Of a DNA stretch of 57,596 nucleotides, positions 17,925-29,545 are shown in pieces. How positions within the stretch are numbered: position 1 is the first letter of the stretch; each line of letters opens with the position of its first letter. The DNA comes from SAR86 cluster bacterium. GTDB taxonomy: Bacteria; Pseudomonadota; Gammaproteobacteria; Magnimaribacterales; D2472. The stretch lies in the NCBI GenBank assembly GCA_003331645.1, contig QOPI01000004.1, forward strand, positions 1-57,596, in the 5' to 3' direction. Position numbers and translations under genes: made by a program. Below the pieces are notes generated by a model, which did not search any database, was not told where the DNA came from, and was given only the letters and a program-made list of their open reading frames with translations.

Positions 17925-19174
17925 TGCTTGAAACCCCTAAAAATCTAACAAGAAATATTTTACTGGGAATGTTTTTTGGTTTTGTTTTAGGCTCAATTGC
18001 ATATTATTTAGATATTATCCCGAGTCCTATAGAAAATTTTATTCAGGTTTATATCTTCAATCTTGGTGGATCAATCTTTATAAATCTTCTTAAAATGTTG
18101 ATAGTCCCATTGGTCTTCTTTTCACTTGTATCCGGCATTTCTTCTCTAAGCAGTTTGACCAGTCTTGGCAACATTACATTTAAAACAATTAGTCTATATC
18201 TTGGAACTACTGCTATAGCAGTAAGCATCTCGCTATTGGTTGCTTCAATATTTAAACCTGGAGCAGGCTATTCTTCAAATATCTCTGCACCTGAAAAATT
18301 ACCAGAAGGCCAAAGTGTTTATTCAACGATTTTAGATATTTTTCCATCTAACATAATTGAAGCAATGGCAAATAATCAAATGCTTGCAATTGTATTTTTT
18401 AGTATCTTATTTGGATTAGCTTTAAATAAAACTAATCATTTAACAGGGAATCTTAGCGAATCTTTTGAAAGATTGAATACAGTATTCATGCAATTAGTTT
18501 TAATGATAATGTCCTATGCCCCAATAGGAGTTTTTTGTTTAATTGGTAAATTTGTAATTACAGATGGCCTAGATATTTTTCAAGAAGCTGTTATGTATGT
18601 TGTTTTACTTATCTCAGTTCTAATTTTTCATGCAATAGTTACATATTCAATTTTTCTCAAAATATTTACTAACTTAAGCCCCATTGTCTTCTTTAGGAAA
18701 ATGAAAGAGACGGCAATTTTTGCTTTTTCAACATCATCAAGTGCTGCAACTATTCCAGTAACTCTTAAAACCGTTACCACTGATCTTGGAGTAAATAAAA
18801 ATATAGGCTCATTTGTCATACCTGTTGGAGCTACCATTAATATGGATGGAACAGCAATTATGCAAGGCATGGCCACAGTTTTTATTGCACAGATGTCCGG
18901 CATCGATTTATCAATCTTTCAATATGTTCAAGTTGTTTTACTAGCAGTTGTTGCATCTATAGGTGCTGCTGCAGTTCCTTCAGCTGGAACAATTACGCTT
19001 GTAATAATACTTCAGCAATTTGGATTGCCTCTTGAAGCAATTGGCATCATTTTGGCTGTTGATAGAATTCTAGATATGATTAGAACTTCTGTAAATGTTA
19101 CGGGGGATGCTACGGTGGCATGTATCGTTGCACAATCAGAAGAGATGTTAGATAAAACAGTATTTGATAATTAG
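17924..19174 (+). CDS. Dicarboxylate/amino acid:cation symporter (DAACS, GltP-like)
   Basis: LLKMLIVPLVF, AFSTSSSAATIP, GATINMDGT, VDRILDMIRTSVNVTGD. Confidence 0.93.
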   Translation: MLETPKNLTRNILLGMFFGFVLGSIAYYLDIIPSPIENFIQVYIFNLGGSIFINLLKMLIVPLVFFSLVSGISSLSSLTSLGNITFKTISLYLGTTAIAVSISLLVASIFKPGAGYSSNISAPEKLPEGQSVYSTILDIFPSNIIEAMANNQMLAIVFFSILFGLALNKTNHLTGNLSESFERLNTVFMQLVLMIMSYAPIGVFCLIGKFVITDGLDIFQEAVMYVVLLISVLIFHAIVTYSIFLKIFTNLSPIVFFRKMKETAIFAFSTSSSAATIPVTLKTVTTDLGVNKNIGSFVIPVGATINMDGTAIMQGMATVFIAQMSGIDLSIFQYVQVVLLAVVASIGAAAVPSAGTITLVIILQQFGLPLEAIGIILAVDRILDMIRTSVNVTGDATVACIVAQSEEMLDKTVFDN

Positions 19175-19238
19175 TTAAAAATAAGTCTTTTTATAGATTT
19201 ATTTGATAGAATGCATTTTTAAAAAAACGGGGGTTCGA

Positions 19239-21260
19239 ATGAACATAGCACTATTTCCACCACTATTAGGCCTTATTGGCATGATCGCAGCATTCGTTGT
19301 GTACATGCTTGTTATGAAATATCCTGATGGAGAAGATAAAGTTAAAAAGATTGGCGATCAAATTCATGCTGGCGCTCTAGCTTTTATGAAAACAGAGTAT
19401 AAATATTTATTAGTATTTATTGCGGTTCTTGTAGTTTTAGCTCAAATGTTTCTTGGTACAGAAACTGCTATTGCAGTTGTGGTAGGTGCGGCATGCTCAT
19501 CATTAGCTGGTTTTATTGGAATGTATGCAGCTACTAAGGCAAATGTTAGAACAGCAACTGCAGCACAAAAAGATGGCGCAGCAGCAGCCCTTTCAGTTTC
19601 TTTTTACGGAGGATCTGTGATGGGTCTTTGTGTAGCATCGCTAGGCTTAATTGGTTTAGGTGGTCTATATTATTTTTATGCAGCTGATGGTGGTACTCAT
19701 GTTCATGCCCTTGAAGGTTTTGGAATGGGAGCATCAGTTGTAGCTTTATTTTCAAGAGTTGGAGGAGGCATCTTTACAAAAAGTGCTGATGTTGGAGCTG
19801 ATTTAGTTGGAAAGATTGAAGCTGGTATACCAGAAGATGATCCAAGAAATCCAGGGGTTATAGCCGACAATGTTGGAGATAATGTGGGCGACGTTGCTGG
19901 AATGGGATCTGATATCTTCGAATCCTATTGCGGATCAATGATTGCCTCTATTGCTATTGCGTACACTATGAAAGACTCAGGTTTAATGTTTCTTCCTTTA
20001 GGTCTTGCTGCAACTGGTTTAGTTGCTTCAATATTAGGAATTTTTATAGTCAAATTAAGATCTGCTAAAGAGCCAGCTAGCGCTTTAAGATCAGGCACTT
20101 TGCTTGCACCAGCAATCTTTATTGTGATGGCATACTTTTTAATTAATAGCATGGGTGATATACCTATGGCTGTATTATGGTGCGTAATCTCAGGAGCTGT
20201 TGGCGGAGTTCTTATTGGATTAATAACAGAATACTATACAGGCAGTACTCCTGTTAAAAAGATTGCTGAATCTGGTGAAACGGGTTCTGCAACGGTCATG
20301 ATTTCTGGACTTTCAGTTGGAATGCAATCCGTAGTAATTCCTATTTTAATACTAGCCACAATAATTCTTGTTTCCACTTCATTAGCAAATGGCGCTGGGG
20401 TTGTGGGTGTTTATGGAGTAGGTATAGCAGCTGTTGGAATGCTTTCTACTGTTGGAATTACTATGGCAATCGATGCATACGGACCAGTGGCAGATAATGC
20501 GGGCGGTATTGCAGAAATGTCTGGAATGGGCAAAGAAGTAAGAGATATAACCGATTCATTAGATGAGTTAGGCAATACTACTGCAGCAATCGGTAAAGGA
20601 TTTGCTATTGGAGCTGCAGCTTTAGCAGCCTTAGCAATTATTTCAGCATACTCTGCTCAAGTCGCACTTGCATATGGCGATGCTTTTGCTCTGTCATTAA
20701 CTGATCCAATGGTCCTCGTAGGAATGTTTATAGGTATATGTATTCCATTCTTAATATCATCTATAACTATGACTGCTGTAGGAGATGCAGCATTTGAAAT
20801 GATTAATGAAATCAGAAGACAATTTAAAGAGATTTCAGGTTTGATGGAAGGTACCGCCGATCCTGATTCTGAAAAATGTGTTGAAATTGCTACAAAAGCA
20901 GCACTTAAAAAAATGATGTTGCCTGGTATTATAGCGGTAGCTATGCCAGCAGTAGTTGGCTTCGGTTTAGGCGCTATAGCACTTGGTGGTATGTTGGCTG
21001 GAGGTTTATTAGGCTGTGTGGCTTTAGCTCTATTTATGGCAAATGCTGGTGGTGCATGGGATAACGCAAAGAAATATGTAGAAAAAGGTAACCTAGGTGG
21101 TAAAGGTTCAGATACTCATTCAGCAGTAGTTGTTGGAGATACTGTAGGAGATCCTTTTAAAGATACTTCAGGACCATCAATGAACATTTTAATTAATGTT
21201 ATGGCTATGGTAAGTCTTGTAATTTCTTCATTGCTTCCACTTAACGGAATATTATTTTAA
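19239..21260 (+). CDS. hppA: Membrane-bound cation-translocating pyrophosphatase (probably K+-dependent, Na+-pumping)
   Basis: [60 protein letters not shown]; start moved to ATG 19239. Confidence 0.93.
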   Translation: MNIALFPPLLGLIGMIAAFVVYMLVMKYPDGEDKVKKIGDQIHAGALAFMKTEYKYLLVFIAVLVVLAQMFLGTETAIAVVVGAACSSLAGFIGMYAATKANVRTATAAQKDGAAAALSVSFYGGSVMGLCVASLGLIGLGGLYYFYAADGGTHVHALEGFGMGASVVALFSRVGGGIFTKSADVGADLVGKIEAGIPEDDPRNPGVIADNVGDNVGDVAGMGSDIFESYCGSMIASIAIAYTMKDSGLMFLPLGLAATGLVASILGIFIVKLRSAKEPASALRSGTLLAPAIFIVMAYFLINSMGDIPMAVLWCVISGAVGGVLIGLITEYYTGSTPVKKIAESGETGSATVMISGLSVGMQSVVIPILILATIILVSTSLANGAGVVGVYGVGIAAVGMLSTVGITMAIDAYGPVADNAGGIAEMSGMGKEVRDITDSLDELGNTTAAIGKGFAIGAAALAALAIISAYSAQVALAYGDAFALSLTDPMVLVGMFIGICIPFLISSITMTAVGDAAFEMINEIRRQFKEISGLMEGTADPDSEKCVEIATKAALKKMMLPGIIAVAMPAVVGFGLGAIALGGMLAGGLLGCVALALFMANAGGAWDNAKKYVEKGNLGGKGSDTHSAVVVGDTVGDPFKDTSGPSMNILINVMAMVSLVISSLLPLNGILF

Positions 21261-23317
21261 GCGTCCGCAAATTCAATTGATCCAGAGAGCCATCTCTGGA
21301 TCAACTTATCAGAATTAGTTTTATCTTCTTTATAAATTTTCTCAGCAATCTCCTTAGTTTCCTCAAGGTATGCGCTATCTCGCATAAGATCAGTATACTT
21401 AAATGGAATGACCCCAGTCTGCTGCGATCCCATAATTTCACCAGGACCTCTTATTACTAAATCTTTTTCAGCAATATAAAAACCATCTGTAGAATTTTTT
21501 AGTATATCCATCCTCTGATATGCAATATCTCCTATTGAGTCATTGTGAAGCAGGATGCAGTGACTTTGCTTACTACCTCTTCCGATTCTTCCTCTAAGTT
21601 GATGAAGTTGTGCTAGACCAAATCTCTCAGCATTTTCAATAATCATAATATCAGCATTAGGAACATCCACTCCTACTTCTATAACAGTTGTTGATACTAG
21701 AACTTGCACTTTACCATTCTTAAAATTATTAATGGTTTCAAGTTTTTCTTCTGCTTTCATCTTGCCATGTAGAAAGCTACATTTAATCGATGGAATCTCC
21801 TCTATAATCTGCTCATATGTTTGTTCAACTGGATTAGCATTCATTAACTCAGATTCTTCTATAAGCGCACATACCCAATAAACTTGACTTCCTGCAGAAC
21901 AAGCTTTTTCAATCCTATTAATTAACTGATCTTTCTTCTTAAGACTTAAGGTCGAAGTCTGGATAGGTAGTCTACCGGGAGGCAATTCATCTATAATCGA
22001 TATATCCATATTTGCATATACACTCATTGCCATTGTTCTAGGTATAGGCGTTGCAGTGAGTGTAAGTTGGTGAGGCAGCAAAGCAGTTTCAATATTTTTA
22101 GATCTTAGAGATAGTCTTTGGTTAACCCCAAACCTGTGTTGCTCATCAATAACAATTAAACCTAGAAGTAAAAAACTTACATCATCTTGAAATAAAGCAT
22201 GCGTCCCAATTACTAATTTGATCGAACCAGATTTAAGACCATTTTTAATTTTTGCTTTTTCTTTAGCTTTGGTTGAACCAGTTAATAATGCTATAGACTC
22301 TTTATAATCCGGAAAATAACTTTGTAGATTTATGAAATGCTGCTCGGCTAATAAGGTGGTTGGTGCCATAAAAGCAACTTGAGCATTGTTATCTATAGAC
22401 TGAGCTGCAGCAATGGCAGCCACAATAGTCTTACCTGAACCAACATCGCCTTGTACCAGTCTCATCATAGGAGCAGTCCTGCTAATATCATTTTTTATCT
22501 CCTCCACAACTTTATGCTGAGCATTGGTTAGGCTATAAGGAAAATTATTTAGTACACTTTCATACCAACCTCCTTGGTGATTAAGAGCTGCTGATTTAAG
22601 ATGAGCTTGCCTATCTTTTAATGAAGCCATTCCAACTTGAAAGGCTATCATTTCCTCTTTGATTAACCTTTCTCTAGCAGGATGCCTTCCTCCAGGCGCA
22701 ATATCATCGGTTGCGATACTTTGATCAGGAAAATGGATATTGCCAAGAGCATTAATTAAAGAAAGTTTTGAAACAAGGCCATATTTTTTCAAATCAATCT
22801 CGTTATTTTGATCGTACTTTTTAATTGCAATCTTAATAAATTTTCTAAGCTGATTTTGACTTAAACCTTTAGTAGTTCTGTAAACCGCAGTTAAAGATTG
22901 TTCTGTTGGCAGATTAGGATTATCCACAATCTCATATTCAGGATGTATCATTTCTAATCCATAATTACCTATCCTTAATACGCCATACAATCTTATAATT
23001 TTGTTAGCTCTAAATTGTTTTGCTTGACCAGGATTAAAATAAAAAAATCTTATTAAAATAGATCTAGAGGGATCTGCAGCTTTAATAATCATCATTTTCC
23101 TTGGTCGATATAAGACTTGGCAACTTGAAACCTTACATTCAATAAATATTTCATCACCAATCTCAGCATTACTTAGCTGAATAACTTTCGTTCTATTTTG
23201 ATAATTAATAGGTAAGTGAAAACACAGATCATTACTATTAAAAATACCAATACTATTGAGTTTATTTTTTATAGAGGGCCCAATGCCAGGAATATTTTCT
23301 AAATCAAAATTAGCCAC
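21257..23317 (-). CDS. recG: ATP-dependent DNA helicase RecG
   Basis: Wedge domain, [36 protein letters not shown]. Confidence 0.96.
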   Translation of the reverse strand: MANFDLENIPGIGPSIKNKLNSIGIFNSNDLCFHLPINYQNRTKVIQLSNAEIGDEIFIECKVSSCQVLYRPRKMMIIKAADPSRSILIRFFYFNPGQAKQFRANKIIRLYGVLRIGNYGLEMIHPEYEIVDNPNLPTEQSLTAVYRTTKGLSQNQLRKFIKIAIKKYDQNNEIDLKKYGLVSKLSLINALGNIHFPDQSIATDDIAPGGRHPARERLIKEEMIAFQVGMASLKDRQAHLKSAALNHQGGWYESVLNNFPYSLTNAQHKVVEEIKNDISRTAPMMRLVQGDVGSGKTIVAAIAAAQSIDNNAQVAFMAPTTLLAEQHFINLQSYFPDYKESIALLTGSTKAKEKAKIKNGLKSGSIKLVIGTHALFQDDVSFLLLGLIVIDEQHRFGVNQRLSLRSKNIETALLPHQLTLTATPIPRTMAMSVYANMDISIIDELPPGRLPIQTSTLSLKKKDQLINRIEKACSAGSQVYWVCALIEESELMNANPVEQTYEQIIEEIPSIKCSFLHGKMKAEEKLETINNFKNGKVQVLVSTTVIEVGVDVPNADIMIIENAERFGLAQLHQLRGRIGRGSKQSHCILLHNDSIGDIAYQRMDILKNSTDGFYIAEKDLVIRGPGEIMGSQQTGVIPFKYTDLMRDSAYLEETKEIAEKIYKEDKTNSDKLIQRWLSGSIEFADA

Positions 23318-23360
23318 GATTAGATATTACTTTTAATATAGACATTTGTTAAATTAAATT

Positions 23361-24140
23361 ATGAAAAAGAATATATTAATTATAGGTTTTGGTGATCTAG
23401 CGCAAAGGCTAGAAAAGCAGCTTTTAGATAAGGATGTAATTATCTATGGGTTAACCAGGTCACCTAAAAAATATAAAGGTAGTAAATTAAAAGAGTGGGA
23501 TTGGTTAAACCAGGAACCATTTAAAGCTCCCGAGAAAAAATTTGATTCGGTTATTTTTTTTCCAAAGCCAGCTGATTTTTCTGAAAGTGGTTATAAGTTA
23601 GGTTTCATAGAACCTCTTAAAATCATCAATAAATCTTTAAAAGATATTGAATTTAAATCTTTCATAGGTATTTCTTCAACTCGAGTTTATGGCACTCACC
23701 AAGAAGGCAAATTGTCAGAGTTAAATGCTCCTGAGCCCTCAGATTATCGCGGATCCATTATCTTGGAATATGAAAAACTTATTCAATCGCTATTTCAATC
23801 TAATTCTTTAATTTTAAGGCTTAGCGGACTTTATGATGATAATACTAATTGGCTAAAAGATTTTATTAAAAATTTTAATGGTGTTAAAAGAGATTTACCC
23901 AATAAATACTTAAATAGATTACATAGAGATGAATGCGCAAGAATTCTAGCTTTTGTTTTAAAAGAAGAGCTTTATTTAAATAATCATTTATTCAATTGCT
24001 CGTCGAGCTCAATAACTTATGAAGAATATTTCAAGTCTGTTACTGGATCTGAAGATTTTAAAAAATATTTTAATAATACAAATGACTCGATAAGAAAGAT
24101 CTCTAGTGAGAGATTAAGAGAATTAGGTTTCGAATTTTAA
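23361..24140 (+). CDS. NAD(P)-binding atypical SDR / epimerase-like protein (YeeZ-like)
   Basis: ILIIGFGDLA, ISSTRVYG, LRLSGLY, NRLHRDE. Confidence 0.75.
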   Translation: MKKNILIIGFGDLAQRLEKQLLDKDVIIYGLTRSPKKYKGSKLKEWDWLNQEPFKAPEKKFDSVIFFPKPADFSESGYKLGFIEPLKIINKSLKDIEFKSFIGISSTRVYGTHQEGKLSELNAPEPSDYRGSIILEYEKLIQSLFQSNSLILRLSGLYDDNTNWLKDFIKNFNGVKRDLPNKYLNRLHRDECARILAFVLKEELYLNNHLFNCSSSSITYEEYFKSVTGSEDFKKYFNNTNDSIRKISSERLRELGFEF

Positions 24141-24188
24141 TAATTAATTTATATAGAACTTCTTTGTTAGAAAAAATACAATGTAGCA

Positions 24189-25040
24189 ATGCTAAATAGT
24201 ATGACAGGATATGCTTTGTATAAGCACATTGATAAAACGGGCGAGGTTACTTGTGAGATAAAGTCTGTCAATCATAGGTTTATGGAAGTTACTACTAAAC
24301 CAAATGATCTTAATAGCAAGTTAGATATTTTTATTAGAAACACTCTTCAAAATAAGATTCAAAGAGGCGCTTTAGATGTTAGGTTTGGATTCAATCATTC
24401 ACCAACATACTCATATTCAATTAATAGGAAATCTATGCAAAATTTACAAAAAGTCTTAAAAGATTTTTCTATTATTAATTCAGATAGCATTTCTTTATCA
24501 GACATAAGAAACTTTCCCGGCATCTTTGAAACGCGTCAAGATAATAAGATATCTGATATAACTTTAAAGAAAGTTTTTTTGAATGCATTTAAAGAATTTA
24601 AAGAGAACCGCCTTGAAGAAGGTAAGAGAGTCCAAGTAGTTTTTGAAAAAAAGATTCAAAAGATGTTGACCACAAAAAAGAAATTATTAAGTGCAATTCC
24701 TGCCATTAATAAAAAAAGGATTTCAGCTTTAAGTACCAAGGTAAAACAACTAGAAGTAAATTTAGATATTGATAAACTTCATCAAGAGGCAGCAATACTT
24801 ATTCTAAAGCATGATGTTGCAGAGGAATTAGAACGAATTGAATTCCACTTGATTGCTTTGAGCAAAGAGCTTGCTTCAAAGCAAGCCAAAGGAAAAAAAA
24901 TAGACTTTATCCTTCAAGAGCTATTTAGAGAGACCAGCACTTTATCGGTGAAATTAGACAAACCAATATTAAAAGATTTAGCTTTAGGAATGAAATTAAC
25001 CGTTGAAGAAATGCGTGAGCAAGCTCAAAATATTGAATAA
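24189..25040 (+). CDS. yicC: YicC/YloC family endoribonuclease
   Basis: SMTGY, EIKSVNHRF, DVAEELERI, GKKIDFILQEL.RE, EEMREQAQNIE. Confidence 0.92.
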   Translation: MLNSMTGYALYKHIDKTGEVTCEIKSVNHRFMEVTTKPNDLNSKLDIFIRNTLQNKIQRGALDVRFGFNHSPTYSYSINRKSMQNLQKVLKDFSIINSDSISLSDIRNFPGIFETRQDNKISDITLKKVFLNAFKEFKENRLEEGKRVQVVFEKKIQKMLTTKKKLLSAIPAINKKRISALSTKVKQLEVNLDIDKLHQEAAILILKHDVAEELERIEFHLIALSKELASKQAKGKKIDFILQELFRETSTLSVKLDKPILKDLALGMKLTVEEMREQAQNIE

Positions 25041-25041
25041 T

Positions 25042-25668
25042 ATGAATAAAGGAGAATTATTTATAATCTCAGCTCCATCGGGCGCAGGAAAGTCATCCTT
25101 AATACAAGAAATAATAAGAAGAGGCTTTGCATCGGACTCTTTAATAGAATTATCAGTTTCTGCAACAACCAGATCTCCAAGATCAAATGATATCGAAGGC
25201 AAAGACTATTTCTTTATATCACAAGAAAAATTTTTAACATTTGAAGAAGAGGATGCTTTTATTGAATCTGCAACTGTACATGGAAATAAGTATGGAACTC
25301 TTAAGGATTATGTAGATTCCAAATCATCAAAGGGGATTAATTTAATTCTTGATATTGATGTTCAAGGTTTCTATCAAATAAAAGAGAAAAATATACCCAA
25401 TACCTCTATCTTTATAGTACCACCTAGCATACAAGATCTTAAAGTAAGATTAGAAAATAGAAATGAAGACGCACCAGAAGTTATAGATCAAAGACTAAAA
25501 AATGCAATTGAAGAGCTTAACAGTGCAAGTGATTATGATTTTAGAGTTTTAAACGATAATTTTGATATGGCAGCAGATGAGTTATACAATTTAATCGTAA
25601 ATAGGAATGTGCAAAATAAAGAGGCTAAGCATATTTCTGAAGTTTTAGAAGATTTATTGTCTAATTAG
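25042..25668 (+). CDS. gmk: Guanylate kinase
   Basis: [31 protein letters not shown]; start moved to ATG 25042. Confidence 0.96.
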   Translation: MNKGELFIISAPSGAGKSSLIQEIIRRGFASDSLIELSVSATTRSPRSNDIEGKDYFFISQEKFLTFEEEDAFIESATVHGNKYGTLKDYVDSKSSKGINLILDIDVQGFYQIKEKNIPNTSIFIVPPSIQDLKVRLENRNEDAPEVIDQRLKNAIEELNSASDYDFRVLNDNFDMAADELYNLIVNRNVQNKEAKHISEVLEDLLSN

Positions 25669-25705
25669 GTATAAAAGCTTTAGAATACGCCCCCAGGAGA
25701 AAATT

Positions 25706-25975
25706 ATGGCAAGAATTACAGTAGAAGGTTGTTTAGAAAAAGTACCAAGTAGATTTGAATTAATCTTACTTGCAGCAGGGCGTGCCAGACAACTTTCAAC
25801 AACTAGCAGAGAGCCAATGGTGGAGTGGGATAATGATAAACCTACTATCGTTGCACTTAGAGAAATAGAAGAAGGTTTAATTGATAGAGAGACTCTTAAT
25901 AAAACCTTAGAAGAAGATGTGCTATTAGATGAGTTTGCGGCACCTGAAGAAAAGGACTCAGAAGTAGCTAGGTGA
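25706..25975 (+). CDS. rpoZ: RNA polymerase omega subunit
   Basis: MARITVE.CL...[14 protein letters not shown]...[12 protein letters not shown]. Confidence 0.97.
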   Translation: MARITVEGCLEKVPSRFELILLAAGRARQLSTTSREPMVEWDNDKPTIVALREIEEGLIDRETLNKTLEEDVLLDEFAAPEEKDSEVAR

Positions 25976-25994
25976 TATATAAAGGAGAGCTATT

Positions 25995-28193
25995 TTGAAT
26001 GATAGAGTTCTTCCAAATAACTTAATCAATTTTGATAGCCCAGAATCTTTATTAAAGTTCCCAAAAGACTTCTATATAGAGGCTAAATCATATCTAAGTA
26101 AAAAAGATATACGATTAATTCGAAAAGCTTATACATTTGCTCATCAGGCTCATGTAGGTCAAAAAAGAAAAGACGGATCAGATTATATTTCTCACCCAAC
26201 AGCGGTAGCTAAAGTCCTTTTAGAGCTAGGTATGGATGCAGATTCTATATGCGCTGGTTTCATGCATGATGTTTTAGAAGACTGCGATGTTCAAAAAATT
26301 AATTTAGAAAAAATATTTAACAAAGATATCGCAAATATTGTAGATGGTGTTAGCAAGCTTGGAAAAATAGAGCTTGAAGATAAAGCTGAAAGGAATGCAA
26401 ATAACTTCCAAAAGATGGCTTTAGCTATGGCTAATGATGTTCGAGTTATTGTTGTAAAGCTATGTGACAGGCTGCATAACATGAGAACTATTGATCATTT
26501 GCCACGATATAAACAAATATATGTATGCAAAGAAACGCTTGAGATTTTTGGTCCATTAGCACTTCGAATAGGAATGCAAGATGTAAGAGCAGAACTTGAA
26601 GATAGAGCTTTTAAATGTCTTCATCCATTAAGAGCAAAAATGCTCAAATCTGCTATAAAAAAATCTAGCGGCGGCCGAAAGAAAATTATTTATAAAATTA
26701 GGAAGGAGATTAAAGCACATTTAAAAAATAATGGAATTTTAAGTACTGTTCAGGGAAGAGAAAAAAATCTCTACAGCATATATAGAAAGATTAAGGTTAA
26801 GCATAAACCATTCTCAGAAATTTTAGATGTATATGCTTTTAGAATAATTGTTAATTCTGCTGATGACTGCTATCGCTGCCTAGGCATAATTCATAATTGC
26901 TATAAACCAATTGAGCAAAGATTTAAAGATTATATAGCTATACCTAAATCCAATGGTTATCAGGGACTTCATACAGCATTATTAGCCTTAGACGCCGTTC
27001 CAATAGAAGTTCAAGTTCAAACAAAGAGCATGGAGTTAATAGCTGAAAAGGGAATAGCAGCACATTGGACATATAAGACAGATGATATTGAATCTGGAAA
27101 AGAATTTAGAGCAAGAAGGTGGATGTCTAGCATCATAGATTTACATAAGAGATCTGAGGGTTCAGAAGAATTTGTTGAGTCTGTTAAAACAGATCTTTTT
27201 TCTGATGAGGTATATGTATTCACGCCGAAAGGTAATATTGTTAATTTAAAAACTGGCGCTACGCCAATTGATTTTGCTTATGAGCTTCATACTGATCTTG
27301 GTAATACAGTTGTAGGTTGTTTAGTAAATAGAAAAGAAGCGCCATTAAATATAGAGCTTGAAAATGGCTCAACGGTCGAAATTATTACTGGTAAGTCTAT
27401 AAATGTAGATCCAGCATGGTTAAATTTTGTTGTCAGTGGGAAAGCAAGAAGCGCCATTAGAAATCAGCTTAGACATCAAAAAGTTTCACAAGCAAGAAAA
27501 GCTGGAAAAGTAATGCTCGAATCTGAATTAAAAAGAGCCGGACATAGCCTAGAAGAATATAGAGGAGGCACTTTAAACAATGTCCTTAAGTTAATTGGAG
27601 TAAAGTCACTCAATCAGTTATTGACTGATTTAGGTCTTGGAAAACGTACAGGTAATCTTGTTGCTGAACGATTCTATGAGGGGCTTCAGATTAGGAAGGA
27701 TGTATCAGAGGAGTTACATCCTGTTACTTTAATAGATAATAAAATAGAAGGAGTTGCAGTTAGGTATGCAAAATGTTGTATGCCTATATATGGCGATCCC
27801 ATTACAGCTCACTCAGATACCGAGAGGGGAATTGTAATTCATCACTCTAGATGCCAACAAGTTGCTCCATTTAAACAAAATGATTCTAGATATCTTGATG
27901 CTAATTGGGGCGAAAATAAAAAAACAAGATCCTATGCAGCTCACCTTCAGGTTATTGCTCAAAATAAGATAGGAACCCTTGCAGATGTTATTTCTACCTT
28001 CACCCAAAGAGGTATAAATATAATCGCAGTTAATACTAAGGATCTAGATATTAAATTTACTGAATGTAATATTGAGATAGATATTGAAAATGTAGACGAG
28101 TTGCGTAAAATCATGCAAAAACTAAGATCAATGAAATTTGTCGAAAGCTGTAAAAGAATAGTAAATGATGCCAAAACTATTAATACTAAATAG
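25995..28193 (+). CDS. spoT: Bifunctional (p)ppGpp synthetase/hydrolase
   Basis: Intact HD motif (HDVLED), DRLHNMRT, RFKDYIA, TGS (TPIDFAY), C-terminal ACT; follows rpoZ. Confidence 0.95.
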   Translation: MNDRVLPNNLINFDSPESLLKFPKDFYIEAKSYLSKKDIRLIRKAYTFAHQAHVGQKRKDGSDYISHPTAVAKVLLELGMDADSICAGFMHDVLEDCDVQKINLEKIFNKDIANIVDGVSKLGKIELEDKAERNANNFQKMALAMANDVRVIVVKLCDRLHNMRTIDHLPRYKQIYVCKETLEIFGPLALRIGMQDVRAELEDRAFKCLHPLRAKMLKSAIKKSSGGRKKIIYKIRKEIKAHLKNNGILSTVQGREKNLYSIYRKIKVKHKPFSEILDVYAFRIIVNSADDCYRCLGIIHNCYKPIEQRFKDYIAIPKSNGYQGLHTALLALDAVPIEVQVQTKSMELIAEKGIAAHWTYKTDDIESGKEFRARRWMSSIIDLHKRSEGSEEFVESVKTDLFSDEVYVFTPKGNIVNLKTGATPIDFAYELHTDLGNTVVGCLVNRKEAPLNIELENGSTVEIITGKSINVDPAWLNFVVSGKARSAIRNQLRHQKVSQARKAGKVMLESELKRAGHSLEEYRGGTLNNVLKLIGVKSLNQLLTDLGLGKRTGNLVAERFYEGLQIRKDVSEELHPVTLIDNKIEGVAVRYAKCCMPIYGDPITAHSDTERGIVIHHSRCQQVAPFKQNDSRYLDANWGENKKTRSYAAHLQVIAQNKIGTLADVISTFTQRGINIIAVNTKDLDIKFTECNIEIDIENVDELRKIMQKLRSMKFVESCKRIVNDAKTINTK

Positions 28194-28257
28194 ATGTTTT
28201 ATTTTCTATATAATGCTGCTTATACCAAGCTATCTATTTTCAGGAGATGAAGTAATA

Positions 28258-28644
28258 ATGAGTAAAAAGATCATATTCACAGAAGATGCTCCCAAAGCAA
28301 TAGGCCCTTACTCTCAAGGTGTTGTTGTTGGCAATACTTTATATATCTCAGGACAGATCCCACTTAATCCTAATACTGATATTTTAATAGAAGGGACAAT
28401 TAAAGAACAAGCTGAGCAAGTTATTTCAAATATAGAGAACATATGTGAAGCAGCAGATGCTTCTTTAAAAGATATAGTAAAACTTAATATTTATTTAACT
28501 GATCTTACAAATTTTGCAGATGTTAATGAAGTAATGAAAGATAAATTCATAGAGCCATATCCAGCACGAGCAACCGTTCAAGTGGCAGCACTTCCTTTAG
28601 GCGTAGATATAGAAATGGATGCAATTGTTTTTTTAGATGAATAA
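28258..28644 (+). CDS. ridA: RidA family reactive intermediate deaminase
   Basis: APKAIGPYSQ, ISGQIP, PYPARATVQV..LP; start moved to ATG 28258 after AGGAG. Confidence 0.92.
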   Translation: MSKKIIFTEDAPKAIGPYSQGVVVGNTLYISGQIPLNPNTDILIEGTIKEQAEQVISNIENICEAADASLKDIVKLNIYLTDLTNFADVNEVMKDKFIEPYPARATVQVAALPLGVDIEMDAIVFLDE

Positions 28645-29545
28645 GAGTTTATTATCCTTAGCAGAACTCTCGAGAAAAGAGATAGAAGATTTAATTAATT
28701 TTGCTGAAAAATTTATTAATACAGATGGGTCTTTTAAAAAAGAATCTTTATTTCTAGATAAGACAATTGCTAATATTTTTTGTGAACCTAGTACACGAAC
28801 TAAATCTTCATTTGAGATAGCAGCTAAAAATTTAGGTTGTAATGTTATTGATTTTGATACTGATACATCTTCATTACAAAAAGGCGAATCTATATATGAA
28901 ACGGTTGATGCTCTCTCTTTAATGGGAGTAGATCTTTGCGTATTAAGGCACTCAGAGTCAGTAATTCAACAATTAGTTGAATATGTGCCTGAAATGATTT
29001 TCATAAATGGAGGTGAGGGCTCTATCTCTCATCCAACGCAAGGATTGCTGGATTTAATGACGATCATCCAACACAAAGAGACAATTGATAATCAAAATAT
29101 AGTTATTGTCGGAGATTTAGACCATTCAAGAGTTACAGCATCTTTTATTGAAGGAGTTAGTAATTTTGATTTCAAATCTCTTACCTTCTCTGGGCATCCA
29201 GATATGTGTAAATTATTTCATAATCATCCCAAAGGAAAATATGAGCCTGATCTTAATACAGCAATTGAAGGTGCAGATGTAATAGTTGCTTTACGAATTC
29301 AGCACGAAAGGCTTGAAGCAGAAGATATTATAGATTTAGATCAATATAAATATGAATATCAAATAAATTCTGAAAGGCTTGCTATGGCTAATGAGGATGC
29401 AATTTTAATGCACCCCGGTCCTGTAAATCTCGATATAGAAATATCAACTATGGTCTATGAGTCTGAGCAATGTGTAATTAGGCAACAAGTTGCCAATGGA
29501 GTTGCTATAAGAATGGCAGTTTTATCTCAGTATCTTAGCGGCTAA
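28637..29545 (+). CDS. pyrB: Aspartate carbamoyltransferase catalytic subunit
   Basis: EPSTRT, HPTQGLLD, GDLDHSRV, LRIQHER, MHPGPVN, NGVAIRMAVL. Confidence 0.95.
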   Translation: MNKSLLSLAELSRKEIEDLINFAEKFINTDGSFKKESLFLDKTIANIFCEPSTRTKSSFEIAAKNLGCNVIDFDTDTSSLQKGESIYETVDALSLMGVDLCVLRHSESVIQQLVEYVPEMIFINGGEGSISHPTQGLLDLMTIIQHKETIDNQNIVIVGDLDHSRVTASFIEGVSNFDFKSLTFSGHPDMCKLFHNHPKGKYEPDLNTAIEGADVIVALRIQHERLEAEDIIDLDQYKYEYQINSERLAMANEDAILMHPGPVNLDIEISTMVYESEQCVIRQQVANGVAIRMAVLSQYLSG

